Translations under genes and position numbers: made by a program | Notes under the pieces: model-generated | What the model was told of the DNA's origin: nothing | Seen by the model: only the letters and a program-made list of their open reading frames with translations | The model's database searches: none | Shown here: positions 60,995 through 64,000 of the stretch, one piece after another | Position numbering within the stretch: position 1 is the stretch's first letter | Layout of the letters: each line of letters opens with the position of its first letter | NCBI GenBank assembly: GCA_026023565.1 | Contig: JAPETS010000002.1 | Coordinates: 744,001 to 808,000 of the forward strand | DNA: 64,000 nt | Source of the DNA: Cirrosporium novae-zelandiae | Taxonomy: Eukaryota | Direction: 5' to 3'

Positions 60995-62378
60995 ATGAAG
61001 GGTAAGCTGATACCTGTCCGCAGGTCACCAAAGCTATTTAAAGCTAACTCATATTTAGCTCTCATTCTTGTTGGTGGTTTCGGAACCCGCCTCAGACCTC
61101 TGGTACGTTCGACGCATTCACCTGCGAAACCGACATCAGCAAGCTTCGACTTTGTAAAGCCGTGCGACCTGAAGTCGGTATCTCTAAATTAACGCCTGGG
61201 GACATATCCTAACATTTCCAGACTCTCACAATCCCCAAGCCATTGGTCGAATTTGCCAATAGGCCCATGATTCTACATCAGATTGAGAGCTTGGCTACAG
61301 CAGGTGTTACGGATATAGTTCTTGCTGTCAATTATCGCCCTGAAACAATGGTCAAGGTATTGCAGCAGGTTAGTCGGCTCTTATCGTGAATTCCTAACTG
61401 TACCAAGCGCTAATCATTAATCGCAGTACGGGAAAGAGTACAACGTCAATATCGAATTCTCCGTTGAGACAGAACCTCTTGGGACCGCTGGTCCGTTGAA
61501 ATTGGCTGAGAAAATACTCGGCAAGGACGACTCTCCTTTCTTCGTCCTCAACTCAGATGTGATTTGCGAATACCCTTTTAAACAGTTGGCGGATTTCCAC
61601 AGAGAACATGGTGATGAAGGAACCATTGTGGTGACGAAGGTTGAAGAACCCTCGAAGTATGGGGTTGTGGTCCACAAGCCTGGTCAATCCTCCCGAATAG
61701 ACCGATTCGTTGAGAAGCCTGTGGAGTTTGTGGGGAATAGAATCAATGCCGGCATATATATCTTAAACCCAAGCGTGCTAAACCGCATTGAGCTCCGCCC
61801 TACAAGCATTGAACAAGAAACATTCCCCGCAATTTGCAAGGATGGCCAACTGCACTCATTTGACCTAGAAGGCTTCTGGATGGATGTGGGACAACCAAAG
61901 GACTTCCTTAGTGGTACTTGTCTCTACCTCTCGTCACTGACAAGGAAAGGTTCTAAGAAGCTCTCTCCTTCCTCTGAACCATTTGTTCACGGCGGCAACG
62001 TTCTTGTCGATCCTTCAGCTAAGATCGGAAAGAACTGTCGCATTGGACCTAATGTTACTATTGGTCCAAATGTTGTGGTTGGTGATGGCGTCCGACTCCA
62101 AAGATGTGTTCTACTAGCAGGAAGCAAAGTCAAGGATCATGCCTGGATTAAGTCAACCATCGTCGGATGGAATAGCACAGTAGGCAAGTGGGCTCGGTTG
62201 GAGAATGTATCGGTACTGGGTGATGATGTTACGATTGGAGATGAGATATACGTGAATGGGGGTTCCATTCTTCCCCACAAATCTATCAAGCAGAATGTTG
62301 ATGGTGAGTTTACCCTCGAATTTATTCCTACAGTTAAGAGTACTAAGTTTATTACTAGTTCCTGCAATTATCATGTAA
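60995..62378 (+). CDS. MPG1: Mannose-1-phosphate guanylyltransferase (GDP-mannose pyrophosphorylase)
   Basis: Exons 60995-61001, 61059-61102, 61222-61368, 61427-62303, 62359-62378; [47 protein letters not shown], hexapeptide repeats, end VPAIIM. Confidence 0.97.
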
Positions 62379-63250
62379 GAGGCGTTTGTGTCATGGGATT
62401 CCCAATGAACTGTGGAGGTTCATCGGAGGTGTTGTTGAATTAGCTTAGGTATCTGGTCTGCATCCTCAGGCATGGCGTTGACGTGCTGTTTCGGGTTTAT
62501 GGCATATTGCAACTGGTATGCATTCATGATCTTCGATCTGTCCGTAAAAAGTACTTCACTCCTCCAATCAGAACATTCTAACATTGTTTGGATTGAGGTG
62601 GTTGAGAATCGCATAGCTAGATGAAGCTTGTGGGAATGAGTGAGTACGGATGATATGAGGCTACTTGTATTGGTAGAATGTTTGTGGGATCGTATGGACG
62701 GGAAAAACAATACGGGATAGCCTACTTAATATGATGAAGATAGCTAAATAAGCGTGGTTGCATTATCTTAAGGTGCATGCCAAGGTAGATGGTAGATGAT
62801 AGAAAGCAGTATAATCCACTTTAGGGCTGATGCGGAACGGGGTTTGTGTGAAGGCGATGCCGAGGGGTACAGCTAGCATAAAAATAATGTATGGAGGGGT
62901 AATATAAGGAAGAGCTAAGAGCTATCATGATGCTTCAATTTTCTTACCTGGAAATATACAACTAGACAAACTTACCATCCAAAATAACGCCATTAAGATT
63001 TCAAAAAACCTTACCATGCTGATTCACCAACCTGTTACCCAGGCAATAATGCAGCTTTGATATGAATCATTTTGTGACAAAGGTGCTTGCCAAATCCCGC
63101 ATCTCTACATTCTGCCTGATTGGAACCACGATCACTATTTTCCATATATTTTACCAACATACCATATTTCTAACTCCCTCGAACTTCCATCAATATCACC
63201 AGGATTTGCGACACTAATAAGTAGCCAAAGAAAGCTGAGGCTGATTCACT

Positions 63251-64000
63251 ATGTCTCTTAAGTATAACTCCCAAACTTCAAGTAATCCTAATATTCTAAC
63301 GGACGTCTTTAGCTGGGTGATGCTCCACCCGAATGAGGGATTTGTGCGCCTACCTAACGAACGTGTCGTGTATATTTCTCCAAACCGTACTACTTTATCC
63401 CTTCAGACTCCAAATAAATATCCAGGGAGAAATCCACTATCCATACAAAGCAGTGCTGGAAAGTTATACCTGACAAACCAGAGGGTACGTACCCCACTTT
63501 TCAAACCCACACGACAAGACACATGCTCTGTATAACGTGAGCCGGAAATCCATTTGAAATATCATTGCTATTTCTACCTTGAAGGTTTAGCCAGGTCACT
63601 CAGCATAAACCTGTCCCTGTGTTTAAACAGGATTGGCAAATTTTTGTGACCACAATGATAGCCCGGCCCGGAGAGTCCTCCAAGTAGGACAAGGATTGCC
63701 TCCTAGCCACGAGCGTTGCCAAGTGTCTTCGATCCAAGATTCATCTACTCTACTCCGCGGGTAGCAATGGCGATGCAGGACTAGCTAGTTTTTGAGAATG
63801 GTGTTCTTGTCGTGTGGTTTTGATATTGAATATGTGGTCCTCATGCTGATTCTGATAGATAATATATCTTCCATCCAACCAAACCGAGCAACTCCAATCC
63901 TTCTCCGCCCCACTCCTTAATCTGCACGACACTCATATCTCCGCCCCTTTCTTCGGGCCCAATTCCTGGAATGCTATCCTACAACCCGTTCCAGGAGGGG
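63251..64000 (+). CDS. WW-domain-binding protein 2 (WBP2)/GRAM-like protein, 3' partial
   Basis: Exons 63251-63261, 63313-63484, 63859->64000: MSLNWVML...LPNE...GKLYLTNQR|IIYLP...LQSFSAPLLNLHDTHISAPFFGPNSW...PVPGG. Confidence 0.8.

Overview
Gene-dense eukaryotic DNA from a filamentous ascomycete (Pezizomycotina-type GT-AG introns with CTRAY branch sites, intron-containing tRNAs). I can support about 17 protein-coding genes, mostly housekeeping: a mitochondrial-type AAA ATPase, Mms22/Mus7, Ies2, Pex14/17, a Gag1-like (DUF4050) protein, PtaB/Mfg1, kynurenine aminotransferase, Mgs1, xanthine dehydrogenase, Cdc24, an FWD-1-like F-box/WD40 protein, a secreted intradiol dioxygenase, Mpg1/Psa1 and a partial WBP2-like gene. 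There are three tRNAs (Leu-AAG, Phe-GAA, Thr-AGT). I saw no transposon, CRISPR array, rRNA or secondary-metabolite cluster, and no clearly new multi-gene system. The most interesting signals are at the splicing/RNA level: an 875-nt cdc24 intron that is open in frame from both ends and has a second in-frame acceptor; a 374-nt intron in the WBP2-like gene closed by a 13-bp long-range helix; a 7-nt microexon extending Ies2; a small three-exon gene missed by the ORF track; and a recurring palindromic (GTACCTAG)n promoter-region element. Exon boundaries were read by eye and family calls come from motif recall, not database searches.
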